From IMG/VR virus record IMGVR_UViG_3300043446_003110: a DNA stretch of 64,000 nucleotides, one strand, 5' to 3'. Every line of letters starts with the position of its first letter. The stretch's first letter is position 1. The position numbers and the translations under genes were made by a program. Positions 31,901 through 42,257 of this stretch are shown in pieces. This DNA comes from a virus. The notes under the pieces are model-generated. The model was not told where the DNA came from and searched no databases. It saw nothing but the letters and a program-made list of their open reading frames with translations.

Positions 31901-33493
31901 TAACAATTTATCATCACTATATCCAACTACATCAATATTGTAATCTGATTGGCCAGATAATTTTTTGGCAATAATACGTAACTCTACACTATCTACTTCA
32001 TAATAATCTTCATAAAAATAACCTTGTAGTTTAGCGTCGTTAAATGATTTATTGCCACCAAATCTAAAAGATCCACCTTGAAATCGCTCCTCGGGTCTTC
32101 TACTACCATCAAATTTCAAAATTAACCTACCACTATCAATATATGGTATAGAACCACTTAAGCTAATGAAATCTCCATTTTCATAATCAATATCTTGTAT
32201 TTTTTGTAATAAAATATTAGAATCTGTAAGTGATTGATTACTATATTCATAATCTGGTGTTCGCCAAATACTACTAGCCTGTGGGTATATACCATTGTCA
32301 AAACTTGTAGTTAGCAATTGGGTGGGTAGTATAGTTTTTTTTATTCTCTCTGATTTGTCTCTTACTTGAGTAAAAAAGTTGAGTACATTGTTTTTTCTTA
32401 TTCCAAGACCACCGCTATTTCCTATTTCAATAGCAGAAATAAGCAATGCGTGAAATGGATTAGGGTTATCAATATCAGAAAGAGAATTATTTATAATGCA
32501 ATTTTGTTCGTAACTAAAATTGAATCTATCATTGAATGGAAATTGTGAGCAATCATAAGCAAAATTAAGTGTTAAAGTATATGGTTCGTTTTCTAAATTA
32601 AGCGGATTTCCAGAATCCATATATGGATATTTTGGATCACTAGAAAGCAAGTTTGCATTATTAATTTTAGGAGTAGAGATATACGTAGTAAAATTGTTAT
32701 CACCATGTATATTAAAATCATTATACTGTATGACTAAATTTCCACTAGGATCTTCTAATTTAATATCATATATTTTATACTTTTGAGGCCGTCTTAAAGA
32801 ATAGTTGTCAAACGGGGCATATGCGCGTAACGCAAAATAACTAAACTCAGGATGTGCAAGTGGATATGTTACACGTAATTTGTATTCTACATCGCCAGAA
32901 TTAAATATATTCTGTGAAACAATTAGTGTTTTATCATCATCTGTTAGCAAAGAACCAGCTTGATTATTGTTTGTATAATTTCCAATGAAAACACCATCGT
33001 CTAAGCGAGTATATGCTGGATTTGTTTGATTTACAAGTGAAAAAGTACCATTATCAATGGCCCTAAGATTTATATCATTATTCGTAAATTTATTCTTAAA
33101 TGATATATCACTTATTGGATATAACTTAGATGATGGTTGAAAGTTTAGCTTAGAGCCGGAAAATTTGTCAGTTTTAGTATTTCTTATGGCACCAATCGAT
33201 GAAACTCGTTGTTTAACAGCAAGATTAGCTGTGGTTCGTGCGCGAATGTTGCCAATAGCAGATTCTGACATATCTTCGCGTGGAGCAAAATTCATATTCT
33301 CATATGCGCGCATGTTAGATGAACCTCGCGCACTAGCAATAGAATTTCTATAAACTCCAGCAAGCAATCTGATTTTAGAGCTAGATGATAATCTTTGCTT
33401 AATTCCAAAACTAATTGAAGAAATTTTAGCAGATAGCTTACTATCTGAATTCAATTGTGTTTTAGCATTTACTATGCATACAGAACAATTCAT
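28901..33493 (-). CDS. Large tail protein with LamG/ConA-like domain
   Basis: 1530 aa, immediately after the tape measure; FALFIRF...LALICENGILKL...ILITYN...KLYTD is LamG-like. Confidence 0.6.
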   Translation of the reverse strand: MNCSVCIVNAKTQLNSDSKLSAKISSISFGIKQRLSSSSKIRLLAGVYRNSIASARGSSNMRAYENMNFAPREDMSESAIGNIRARTTANLAVKQRVSSIGAIRNTKTDKFSGSKLNFQPSSKLYPISDISFKNKFTNNDINLRAIDNGTFSLVNQTNPAYTRLDDGVFIGNYTNNNQAGSLLTDDDKTLIVSQNIFNSGDVEYKLRVTYPLAHPEFSYFALRAYAPFDNYSLRRPQKYKIYDIKLEDPSGNLVIQYNDFNIHGDNNFTTYISTPKINNANLLSSDPKYPYMDSGNPLNLENEPYTLTLNFAYDCSQFPFNDRFNFSYEQNCIINNSLSDIDNPNPFHALLISAIEIGNSGGLGIRKNNVLNFFTQVRDKSERIKKTILPTQLLTTSFDNGIYPQASSIWRTPDYEYSNQSLTDSNILLQKIQDIDYENGDFISLSGSIPYIDSGRLILKFDGSRRPEERFQGGSFRFGGNKSFNDAKLQGYFYEDYYEVDSVELRIIAKKLSGQSDYNIDVVGYSDDKLLYVTSPIGGFLQNSGSLVFNQNNVPNVSGLLNNNYGLSNSSISDFSDYFNYDVSPLGDHYVVSNLVTVDSTEFKEYIVPLEIYQNPRKLGYTKYSLSPYFEHLYLDICPIPSGASISYVSLNVYYKPANALMMHTIGSPSNKNAIQKSIILFPEGQGTITSDKQVSGIPIGFSSPDYLSSNLARRWRGNTGDIFSGGDFSRYEFDFSFNHKQSDTPFLTSYVDFTNIDDADIYDHKNNLIGQSATSLNILSNFGWRYSSDQLIDGITTDYKSTSWSSNIFDAFDRSARISSANSLEFYALNNNSFDDGGNANNILGFALFIRFSPDKVSTNDLNNCVILSYENNNKYSLALICENGILKLKIRKSDDTIVTITDTIPISNYQFPIPILITYNDDGLSYKYKLYTDNSSNLSFEYLRAESESIETYILSNNPTLRIGFSQNFTTYPALPMFLHEIGCSNAFCNILQSNPDRFINQITAKDFFDSYKVLGENIDDDISKWKLGAFKICQFSPSFDRYTKREGKDYITFSLNHHGSGYSQYTDKLLPSNIYLSGVSYHTQIENDFLRLDLSNIDDLDINRFHAIAPRISKNLPKGYNFKEKALFVDTVIEHETNNDFIWPDNNVGAKLIISLYTPTKDNPYMKSKSLGLVNRSIHYLEPSGCIRKITSRLTFDDILDKSEPWAIFTEEIYSKEFKETYFVDDINQMFLQYDVVYPSGAPYKSKIKIHNTNIRSDNAIFLGEYSSTVTPLSLHVSGAYYQFGIMNLFAPEDGTVIEASPNYINLVTKGHLPIPLNDRLNIFLDSSGFYVPPKTLNLFTIGNGVVDSSEQIFAGLFGSSPLKGMSLYVSGEFMTESTLPLYTSGMAFSASNSLNFVALSPTGSVIIDDNISLRIKGINKSINAYPFSTMPLYVYNNDVIVNNASGSIGLHLSGFIPDLFNASGNLPLVTLNYPISDSLASTSATIKWDSDNIGQGITSVDNVYAYVDSDDNIRGTDLICYGGCKQ

Positions 33494-33509
33494 ATATAAT
33501 CCTAAATTA

Positions 33510-36500
33510 TCATGTTGATAGTATATTACCAGACTTCTTCAATCTTCCATCCTCGACTCTAAAGCTATTTTCTATTAGTCTAAATATTTCATCTTTTACT
33601 TGACCCGTTACTGCTCTAATCAATCCACCATCATTTAGATTAACATTAACGGCTGTGCTATCTAGTTTGATGCTTATATTTGTTTTAGATAGTTTATCTA
33701 TATTTGATCCCAACTCTGAGTTGAAATTGGTCAATGCTGATGCAAATTTTGATAAATTGTCAAAAGTGCCGCCACCCCCAGCCTGTGGTTGTCCACCGTC
33801 AGTAAAATACTGCACCCTGCCACCCCTAGCCATAGTAGCCACGCCATTCTGAGAACTTGATGTATTTGCACCACCATTCATGGCTTGTAAAATCTGTAAA
33901 TTATTTCCACGCTGAACAGCACCTCTATTGACTACAAATTCACCGGGGGTTAACATGGCTGGAACAGTATCAGTGCCACGGGGTACAAAAATACCACGAT
34001 TTGCATAGATCAAACCGCCTCTTGCTTTTGCTACGGCTGGCATACTTTCTGATTCTTGAGCTTTTCTAGCTGCTTCATTTCCTCTTGCCATAGTTTCATC
34101 AAACTTTACTTGTGCTGCCGTAAGATTAACGACAGATGTATTTACTTGCATTTCTGCCATATCTACACCAAGCTGTCCGGTTTCTCCAAGCATACCGCCA
34201 AGTTCACGAAGTCTAGATTTACTTGCTTCTTCTTCCGCCGTAGTGCCAGCCATAACTTGGGCTGCTCTCATATCGGTAACTCCTCTTGCAGATAATGCAG
34301 CACCGGCAGCTGCTTCCGCTAAACCGCCAGCCCCACCAAGCTGTTGACCGTATAATGTTTGAACTCCAGCCTCTTGTTGTCGTTGAATGTCTAATGCTGC
34401 TGTACCTAAAGCTTCTGCTCCATATAATCTCATTAATCGTTCATCACCAGTAGCAATAGCAGCTGTGGCTCCAACGGCAGACTGCTTTTTGAAAAACTCT
34501 TCTATATCTCCCTTGACCAAAGATTCCATAGATTCTTTTTCAAGTTTATTTTTTTCTTGAGTAATTTTAAGTTGTTCTTCTTCTAATTTGATTAAACCTC
34601 TAATAGTGTCAACCTGTGTTTTATATGCTTTTTGTAAATCTTTTTGTGCTTCATCGGCAACTACACCTTCTTTGTTACCCACTCCACCTCTCTGAGTTCT
34701 AGTTGATTCAATATTAGCAAATGCACCTCTAATTTCAGCATTTCTAGCTCTAAGCTCTCCCATATCTCCAGTTCGCATATTGGTCAATCCTAGTCTTTGA
34801 CCTTCTACATTAGATTTACCCAATATATTAGCACGTTTTTCTTGATAACTTACGGCTGGACCGCCATACTTGCCTTGAATTTCTCTTCCTTCTAATGCTA
34901 AATCTAGTGCCTCTTGTTGAGCTTGTACAAAATTTCTTTCTGATTCAATTCTTTTCTTTGTAAAGTCTATCAATACCTGTTCAGCTTTTGCTCTTTCTTG
35001 AGAAATTTTCTCAATAGGCTCAAGCATCTTCCTTTGCGATTCTGTCAACTTGTCGCCAAATACGCTGATATCACCCATTAATATCTTATTTATATCTGAT
35101 TTATCTAATTCTAAATCCATAATTACATCTTTTAGATTTTTTTTGGCATCTTCGCTTACCCCTTTTCCCAAACCTTTAGTCAATTCTTCAGCAAATTTTT
35201 TCTTCATATCGTCAGCATCCATGCCTTTGAAATCTTTTCCTTTGATAGTATTTTTTACAATTTCAAAAGCTTTATTGTAATCTGCTTGAGCTTGAGTGAA
35301 AGCTAAAATATTTCCTTCAAATTTTTTGATGTATTCTTCTGATACTCCAAATTCTGCTAAATTTGCAGATACATTTTTCATTGCACTCTGAATATCTGCT
35401 GGATCCATGGCTTGAGCGGCACTGCTCAGAGCTTGTTGTAAATATTCTACGTCGCTAATAAATGTAGATCCGCCAACTTCTAAGCCGGAACTAAATCTAT
35501 CCATATCAGCAGACAAAGCAGAAGAAGTGGCTGATGCAGATCTTAAACCAAGATTCATGGCTTCAAAAGCTGCTTTGGATCTACTTACTTCTTTTTCTAA
35601 ATTAGCTATTTCTTGATCTATTTGTCTGACTTCAGCAGCTAATTGTCTAAATGCCTCATGGGCAGCTTCTGCGCCAACAAAATCTTTAGCTTCTCCGAGT
35701 CTAGAGGCTTCGTCTGATAATTTTTTCATTCTTGCTATTTTATCATAATCAGTACCAATTCCAAGTGCTTGATTTTTTATATCTTGTTTTGATTTACCAG
35801 CTGCAAATCCAGATCTAATAGTTGCAACTCTAGCTCCAGTTTCCATTTGAAATTGTTGAGATCTCATCTTTGCGGCTTGATTAATTTGTTCTGCACTTTG
35901 CTTTCCTAATTCAGTATTCCTTTTTTCTACGCTGTCTACAAATCCAAGTGTTAAATTAGAACTAACATCTCTACCATAACCGAGTACACCGCCAGTATTC
36001 CTGTTTTCTAAATTTTGTTGAGCAAATTTGAAAGCTCTTTGTTCTTGGATTGTAGCTTCTTGTCCAGATGATCTTATGCGATTTAGTGCTTCTACAGCTG
36101 TAATAGTACCATCTTCAAAATCTTTCATCGCTTGAGTAGCAGAAAGTTGTGCTTGCTCTAATGATTTTTGTGTTTTAACTGCTCCCGCTTGACTTGCAGC
36201 TAATGATTCTATGCTAGATAATGTATTTCCTCCAAATCCTCTCATTATGTTTACAGCCGCACTTTTGATCATGGGTCCAACTACTGGCAATTCACTTCCA
36301 AGCTTAATTACACCAGCTGTAAGACCAGCTATGGCAACTCCGGGAGGTCCAAATAATGAACTAAGACCTATCAAGCCAGTTGAAAAAGCATTTACAGCAT
36401 CTGCTCCAGCAGATTCTACTGAATTTTTTCTAGCTTCTGATACACTGCCTTCAGAGATAGCTTTATTTAATTTACCTTGATAATCTAGATAAGAATCTAT

Positions 36501-39500
36501 CATGCCACTTATAGCTTTAAAGCCTATACTGACAGCAAGCGATGGACCTAAAGAAGCTTTTAGATTTGTTCCAAGTTTTGTAATAGATTGACCTACGGAA
36601 CTAATGCCAGAGGTAAGAGAATTTAAACCGGGTATCGATCCTATACCTTGGCCTATTTTACCAGAAATACCCAATGCCCCAGCTGTATTTCTAGTAATCT
36701 GTGTCGCTCCAATACCTTGATTCATACCTACGCCTATGCCAGCCTTTAAACTACTAACCGATCTACCAATAGGACCATTTTTTATAGATCCGATTGCTTG
36801 TCCAGCCCTTGCTCCAATTGTAGTTGCTCCGACAGATAAATTTTGCATAAATGGTGAAGCATTTTTAGCGAAATAAGCCTGTGCCCCCGGCATACCTTTC
36901 ATCCCCTGAGAAAATCCACTCATAGCACTTTTGCCAACTCTTTCAAAAGTTTTAGACAACTTATCTAAGCCGGGAATTTGAATTTTTGTACCTAATATTG
37001 ATCCAATTTTAGAGCCAATTCCACCACCCAAAGGCATTGGTCCAGCTTGACCAGCAATACCCATTTTCAAGCCTTTAAAAACATTAGATAAAATATTTCC
37101 TAGACCGCCAGCGCCACTTCCAAATAATTGTAAAATTTGATTAGCACTTAAAGCAATTCCAAAAGCCTCTAAGGCAAAGCCAACAGAAGTTATAGTAGTA
37201 ATTAGTCCTAAAAAGCTATGTGTAGCTTTAAGAGTAGCAGATGAATTTTCATCAACAGCTGGCAAAAATCCTTGAATAAGACTAGTAGCCATAGAAGCGG
37301 CAAACATTTTATTGCTATTTACTACATCTCCCATAGATCTAGAAGCATTTTTAGCAGATTTGTCTAGGCTATCTATTCCAGCTGTAGAAGAAGAAGCAGC
37401 AGTAGCAGCACCTCCAGCAGCAAAATGTTGAACAACTCCACCCTTGGCATATTTACCAACCTTATTCATACGGTTGAGATTACCGTAGCCGATTCTTTGG
37501 GCAGATGAACGATTAACAACGAATTCGCCGGGAGTTAATAGGGCCGGAACAGTATCTGTTCCAACTCCACCGCCTGTAGCAAACCGTTGGATAAGACCAC
37601 CAAGATTTCTCAAAGTAAATAGTTGACGGTTGCCAGACTTACGAGATAGATTAGCAACTCCTTGTAGATCTGCTGTAGTCGCCTTGGAATTACCAGTAAT
37701 TCTTCGGTATTCAGTCAAATCAAACTCTCTGCCTTTTAACTTATCTAATCTGCCTTGAGAAATTTGACTTTGAAGTGTGGTATATTGTGGAGATTTTTTG
37801 ACTATTGCAGCAAAGAAATTCGGTATTTTTTTATATAACATCTCGCTAATTTTTTTAGAATCAGATGTTTTCTTTGCATCTACTGGCATATTATCTAAAG
37901 TTTTAAATGGGGCACTGAATCTTCCAAGACCTCTAGGAAAGTCAATAGCGGCGGTAGATTTACCAGCAGAAAATGGGGCACCTAATAATCCTAATGCTCC
38001 CTCAAATACACTGCCAATAGTTGAATCTGTTCCAACTTTGGCAAGAACTTTATTAGGATTAATTGGTCTTTTTCTCATCGAAATTCCGGTATCATTGCTC
38101 AATGCCGCAGCTGAACTTGTTATTAATCCATACATTTGATTTTTAATATTATTGTATATAGCATTTTTGATGCCGGGATCACTTAGGGCAATAGTATCTG
38201 ATTTTGCTGTAACAGATAAATCAGATCCTTTTAAGCCTAATACTCCTCTAATTGTATTTTCAACATTTTTATTGTTAGATTTATCTAAATTAATTCCTAA
38301 TTTTTCTCTTATAGATGAAATAGGAAGTTTGTCAGATTTTGATAGTATATCTCCATCAAGTGCTGCTATTCCGAACGTTCTGGCCTTTCCGCCAAAAGCA
38401 TAACGATTCTCATTCATCGCTGCCAACGTACCAGCACCCATTTTATTCACGCTACTCTTGCGTATAACAAACTCGCCGGGACTTAGCATTGCTGGAACAG
38501 TGTCCCTATTTCCAGTACCGGGTACTAATCCGCCACTAGCAAATCCGAGTACTTTTCCACCTTTGTTGTACTGTCTACCAGAAGTGGCACCACTCATCAT
38601 TCCGCCAAAAAAACCAGCCATACCTTTTGCCAACCTTATAGCTGATAGAGCAGCAAGCATTGGCAACAATGGCTTGATAGCATCTCCAATTTTTATTAAT
38701 GCTGATGCTAATGATAATGCAGTATTAGCCATTATTTGGAAAGTAGAAGTTTCTGTGACACTACGAATTAACGCAAGGAATTCTTCTTTAACTTTCATCA
38801 CTCTAATAGCAAGTGCCGCTTGTGCTGATGCAGCATCTTGTGTCAAAGAGTCTCCAGCTTTCATAGCCACATTTAGTGCAGATTGAGCGGTAGAAAATTG
38901 TTGTAATAGTGGAAGAACCTTACCAATTTGTCGGAATCCGCCAAGTTCTTCAGCGATTCTGATAAAAGTAATATCTCCTTCACCTAGTCCAGACAATGCT
39001 TCACTGAGTCTTTTGACAGCTTCGTAAGGGCCAACGAACTTACCATCTAAATCTACTAACTCTACACCGAATTGTTTTAAGAACTCAATTGTTTTGGGAC
39101 GCTGAATACGTGTAAAAATAGTACGTAAGCCAGTACCAATACTCTCCGCACTTTCTCGCGTTGTTGCTCTAACACTAGTAAATAATGCAAGCAATTCGTT
39201 TAGACTACCGCCAGATGCTTTAAACACACCGCCCGTTCTACGAATAACATCAATCAAATCACTGGCTTCTACAGCAAATGCGCCAGCAACAGCATTGATA
39301 GAACCAAGCTGCTTTTCTAAAGAACCAACACCTTCTTGAAACTGAGCAAGAATAGCAATAGCACCCTCTGCCGTTTCAGAAATACTATCAAAGTTGGGAG
39401 CCAATGCGGCTTTTGCTAATGTTTTTAATGCTACGGCAGTATCTTCTGCACTTAAACCAGCCTGTGCTAATACTGTAGATACTTCTAACAAATCAGATGA

Positions 39501-39914
39501 AGCAACACCAAATCCAGTAGAAAGATTAGTAATTTGTTTCGTTAATCCACGGAGTTGACCAATACTTTTACCAGTTACTTGAGCAACTTTAATTAACTGT
39601 CTTTCAAAATCAATAGCATCTTGAACAGCACTTCCAAGAGTACTAGTAAATAAACTAACAGCCCTAGTAGCAATAGAAAAAGCAGCAAACCGCCTAACAG
39701 AAAGGGCGAATGCTTTACCCATTCTTTCGGCGGCTGTAGTTGCTTGATTAGTTGCTTGAGTTACTTGCTGTATTTGACGTTGAGCCTGTGCAGAGTTTTG
39801 CACTTGTACATTTATATTAACCCCATTTAATTGGGATTGAATTTGTTGTACAATTTGACGAACGTTATTTGGGGCTTGTAACTGTAATTGTGCGGTCAGT
39901 ACGAATCTTGACAT
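33510..39914 (-). CDS. Tail tape measure protein (TP901-like core) with inserted domain
   Basis: 2134 aa, helical A/G/Q-rich; AIDFERQL...LAQAGL...ESIGTGLRTIFTRI; three DTVPA(M/L)L(S/T)PGEFV motifs. Confidence 0.92.
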   Translation of the reverse strand: MSRFVLTAQLQLQAPNNVRQIVQQIQSQLNGVNINVQVQNSAQAQRQIQQVTQATNQATTAAERMGKAFALSVRRFAAFSIATRAVSLFTSTLGSAVQDAIDFERQLIKVAQVTGKSIGQLRGLTKQITNLSTGFGVASSDLLEVSTVLAQAGLSAEDTAVALKTLAKAALAPNFDSISETAEGAIAILAQFQEGVGSLEKQLGSINAVAGAFAVEASDLIDVIRRTGGVFKASGGSLNELLALFTSVRATTRESAESIGTGLRTIFTRIQRPKTIEFLKQFGVELVDLDGKFVGPYEAVKRLSEALSGLGEGDITFIRIAEELGGFRQIGKVLPLLQQFSTAQSALNVAMKAGDSLTQDAASAQAALAIRVMKVKEEFLALIRSVTETSTFQIMANTALSLASALIKIGDAIKPLLPMLAALSAIRLAKGMAGFFGGMMSGATSGRQYNKGGKVLGFASGGLVPGTGNRDTVPAMLSPGEFVIRKSSVNKMGAGTLAAMNENRYAFGGKARTFGIAALDGDILSKSDKLPISSIREKLGINLDKSNNKNVENTIRGVLGLKGSDLSVTAKSDTIALSDPGIKNAIYNNIKNQMYGLITSSAAALSNDTGISMRKRPINPNKVLAKVGTDSTIGSVFEGALGLLGAPFSAGKSTAAIDFPRGLGRFSAPFKTLDNMPVDAKKTSDSKKISEMLYKKIPNFFAAIVKKSPQYTTLQSQISQGRLDKLKGREFDLTEYRRITGNSKATTADLQGVANLSRKSGNRQLFTLRNLGGLIQRFATGGGVGTDTVPALLTPGEFVVNRSSAQRIGYGNLNRMNKVGKYAKGGVVQHFAAGGAATAASSSTAGIDSLDKSAKNASRSMGDVVNSNKMFAASMATSLIQGFLPAVDENSSATLKATHSFLGLITTITSVGFALEAFGIALSANQILQLFGSGAGGLGNILSNVFKGLKMGIAGQAGPMPLGGGIGSKIGSILGTKIQIPGLDKLSKTFERVGKSAMSGFSQGMKGMPGAQAYFAKNASPFMQNLSVGATTIGARAGQAIGSIKNGPIGRSVSSLKAGIGVGMNQGIGATQITRNTAGALGISGKIGQGIGSIPGLNSLTSGISSVGQSITKLGTNLKASLGPSLAVSIGFKAISGMIDSYLDYQGKLNKAISEGSVSEARKNSVESAGADAVNAFSTGLIGLSSLFGPPGVAIAGLTAGVIKLGSELPVVGPMIKSAAVNIMRGFGGNTLSSIESLAASQAGAVKTQKSLEQAQLSATQAMKDFEDGTITAVEALNRIRSSGQEATIQEQRAFKFAQQNLENRNTGGVLGYGRDVSSNLTLGFVDSVEKRNTELGKQSAEQINQAAKMRSQQFQMETGARVATIRSGFAAGKSKQDIKNQALGIGTDYDKIARMKKLSDEASRLGEAKDFVGAEAAHEAFRQLAAEVRQIDQEIANLEKEVSRSKAAFEAMNLGLRSASATSSALSADMDRFSSGLEVGGSTFISDVEYLQQALSSAAQAMDPADIQSAMKNVSANLAEFGVSEEYIKKFEGNILAFTQAQADYNKAFEIVKNTIKGKDFKGMDADDMKKKFAEELTKGLGKGVSEDAKKNLKDVIMDLELDKSDINKILMGDISVFGDKLTESQRKMLEPIEKISQERAKAEQVLIDFTKKRIESERNFVQAQQEALDLALEGREIQGKYGGPAVSYQEKRANILGKSNVEGQRLGLTNMRTGDMGELRARNAEIRGAFANIESTRTQRGGVGNKEGVVADEAQKDLQKAYKTQVDTIRGLIKLEEEQLKITQEKNKLEKESMESLVKGDIEEFFKKQSAVGATAAIATGDERLMRLYGAEALGTAALDIQRQQEAGVQTLYGQQLGGAGGLAEAAAGAALSARGVTDMRAAQVMAGTTAEEEASKSRLRELGGMLGETGQLGVDMAEMQVNTSVVNLTAAQVKFDETMARGNEAARKAQESESMPAVAKARGGLIYANRGIFVPRGTDTVPAMLTPGEFVVNRGAVQRGNNLQILQAMNGGANTSSSQNGVATMARGGRVQYFTDGGQPQAGGGGTFDNLSKFASALTNFNSELGSNIDKLSKTNISIKLDSTAVNVNLNDGGLIRAVTGQVKDEIFRLIENSFRVEDGRLKKSGNILST

Positions 39915-39946
39915 AATTCTCCTTTACTGATGCCACACAACGCTGT

Positions 39947-40840
39947 CTATTCACTATCTGTTGATGTTGACTTCTTTTTCTTTAGGGGTTTTTCATCTAA
40001 CGCTACGTCTTCGCTCTTTGGCTTTATTTCTTTATCATTATCATCTAGATAAGTTACTTCTGGTATATAGTTGCCATTTTCGTCAAGAATATTCCCATCT
40101 TTGTCTATTCTTTGACCTTGATCATTTAACCAATATCCACTCTTGTCTATTCTTCTGCCTTCAGTGTCTACTGTTTCGCCCTTATCATTCACTAGGCTAA
40201 GATCGTCATTAACGAAATTAAACATTTTAAGGAATTTATTTTCTGGTAGTTTAGATTCAAAGTCTTTATCTACAGAATACATCATCCCCGCTAGGGTAGA
40301 CGCGGCAGTAAATGCTATTTCATCGTCAGATCTCTCTTTATAGTCATCCATGCTATTATACACTTTCTGACCATTTTCATAAAAGACACAATTGGCTACT
40401 AGATAGTCAAATCGAACATTATCAGATATGGCTTCTGCCGTATTCTGTTCTAAGCTCATTTTTTCAGCAATTAAATCTCTAAGTTCATTTCGTTTGATTC
40501 TCATATCAATAGCAATTTTTTTACCTTCTGAAGCCTTGAGCTTTTTGCCGCTAGAACCACTAACGTATAGTCTTTTTTCTAGGTCGGCAATTTCCTGCAC
40601 TACTTTCTTTTGTTCTTCATCTTTGCCCTCATCCCAAATACCCTGCTGCTTCATAAACTTCTCAAGCTCTTTTTTAGTCATAATTCCATCACGAACACAA
40701 TCGGTCCAAGCTTTTGCTCCAACGCGCTGCGCCTGAGAAATTAATGAGCTACTTGGTCGCCTTACGAGAATCTTAACAATTTCTTCTTTGCCATTTTGTG
40801 TTTTCTTGATTTCTACAATTTTTTCCTTTTCCTGAGACAT
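39947..40840 (-). CDS. Putative tail assembly chaperone
   Basis: Directly upstream of the tape measure; charged and helical; short G.RID..G repeats; GGAGG RBS before ATG 40840. Confidence 0.5.
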   Translation of the reverse strand: MSQEKEKIVEIKKTQNGKEEIVKILVRRPSSSLISQAQRVGAKAWTDCVRDGIMTKKELEKFMKQQGIWDEGKDEEQKKVVQEIADLEKRLYVSGSSGKKLKASEGKKIAIDMRIKRNELRDLIAEKMSLEQNTAEAISDNVRFDYLVANCVFYENGQKVYNSMDDYKERSDDEIAFTAASTLAGMMYSVDKDFESKLPENKFLKMFNFVNDDLSLVNDKGETVDTEGRRIDKSGYWLNDQGQRIDKDGNILDENGNYIPEVTYLDDNDKEIKPKSEDVALDEKPLKKKKSTSTDSE

Positions 40841-40852
40841 AACTTCCTCCAA

Positions 40853-41185
40853 TTATTTGTTAGGGTTTATTACTGGCATTTTGATTTGATATCTTAACCA
40901 CTCTACTTCATATTGAGCTAGTTCGGCGTCAATATTTCTAGCTTGGTTATTTCCACGGTCTAAAATTTCTGAACGTATTTTGTTATATAAGTCTTTCATA
41001 ACTTCTTGATCTTTGGTCAATGGGCCACCAGATTCATTGGTCCATAAAAAACTAAAATTTTCTTCTATTGTACTTAACGCACCTATCATAGTAGTTTGAA
41101 TTTTTTTCTTCAATATCTTAGATAGTCTTTCTTTTGACTCTGCCTTATACTTAGAATCTCTAATTTTTTTATAGTCAGGTTCCAT
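40853..41185 (-). CDS. Hypothetical protein (tail chaperone region)
   Basis: 110-aa ORF with AGGAGG RBS, between tail tube and tape measure. Confidence 0.65.
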   Translation of the reverse strand: MEPDYKKIRDSKYKAESKERLSKILKKKIQTTMIGALSTIEENFSFLWTNESGGPLTKDQEVMKDLYNKIRSEILDRGNNQARNIDAELAQYEVEWLRYQIKMPVINPNK

Positions 41186-41186
41186 A

Positions 41187-42233
41187 TTATCCTCCTATTT
41201 TTCCTCTCATTTGATTAGTAGCCATCATTTGAATTTTTTGACGCTGATCTGGTAAATGTTGTTCTTCTACGAGGCCGTTTTGTTCAATAACTTTTTCTCT
41301 TTGTCTTTTAATGGATCGAGAAAATGGATCATTCATATTATTGATTTTATTAATTTTATCATTTTCACCATTTGATATGATATAGACTTCAGATGCATTT
41401 TTGATTTTTTCGCTTACTGTGTCTTGCTCAAAATCTTTTTCTGATCTTTCTCTTTCTCTCTTTTTGTTCTGCACAATGAACCATCCGTCGAGCATATCAT
41501 CATCTTCTATTACTTCTTTACTGGGGCAGTCTATAGACTCTTGTATATTATCATACATTTGTGACCAAATTAATAAGTTTTTTTGATTATATGTTAGTTC
41601 TGTATTTGGAGGGTTGCAAAATAGTGGAACTTTTGAACTTTCTCTAACAATCCACAATGATTTCCAAGGATCATTTCGTGCTAGATCTCTATATTGTTTT
41701 TCTGACAAAAAATGTGACTGCCACTCATCTACAACATACTGTAGGGATACATCCTCAAAATCATATAGTTTATTATTTTTGTATGTAGTATTCTTGATAA
41801 TCCAGATCAATCTTTCTGTGGATGCTATACCTTCACAAGTATTTTGATGATACATATATTTTTTATTTAGATGAGAAGAAAGCTGAGATTCCCCCGCGCG
41901 TAAATATTTTCTTATATTATTGACCATTGAGGTATTTTTTCTAGCATTATATATTTCTTCTTTTAATTTTTCAATATCTTTCTTAAGACCTTCTTCCTTT
42001 TTATCGTCATGTATTGTCCAAAGTTCATTTTCTATCATCCATTGATTAACATCATCTTCTGTCATCATTTCTTCCGATAAAGCCTTTTCATATGATTCTT
42101 GATAAACTTTGCAAGATTTAAAAGATTGGTCAAGTGTAAGTGGGCATATTTCTAATTCTAAGTCCTTATATGTTATGAAAACTTTTCCAGATCTTATCAT
42201 AGAAACAAAAAACTCCCGCTCATGATGCTTCAT
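41187..42233 (-). CDS. Hypothetical helical protein (tail chaperone region)
   Basis: 348 aa, charged, follows the tail tube gene; alternative start at 42200. Confidence 0.65.
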   Translation of the reverse strand: MKHHEREFFVSMIRSGKVFITYKDLELEICPLTLDQSFKSCKVYQESYEKALSEEMMTEDDVNQWMIENELWTIHDDKKEEGLKKDIEKLKEEIYNARKNTSMVNNIRKYLRAGESQLSSHLNKKYMYHQNTCEGIASTERLIWIIKNTTYKNNKLYDFEDVSLQYVVDEWQSHFLSEKQYRDLARNDPWKSLWIVRESSKVPLFCNPPNTELTYNQKNLLIWSQMYDNIQESIDCPSKEVIEDDDMLDGWFIVQNKKRERERSEKDFEQDTVSEKIKNASEVYIISNGENDKINKINNMNDPFSRSIKRQREKVIEQNGLVEEQHLPDQRQKIQMMATNQMRGKIGG

Positions 42234-42257
42234 ATAGCTTTCTCACAAGCGGGAGTC
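42207..42257 (-). terminator. Terminator/attenuator-like hairpin overlapping the start of the 348-aa gene
   Basis: mRNA GACUCCCGCUUGUGA...UCAUGAGCGGGAGUUUUUU: stem of about 15 bp plus U tract, 40 nt after the tail tube stop. Confidence 0.7.

Noticed and set aside
39947-42233. Lambda G/GT-type chaperone frameshift
   Set aside because: Three separate ORFs, the two downstream ones with strong RBSs; no convincing slippery site near their ends, and A runs are common here.
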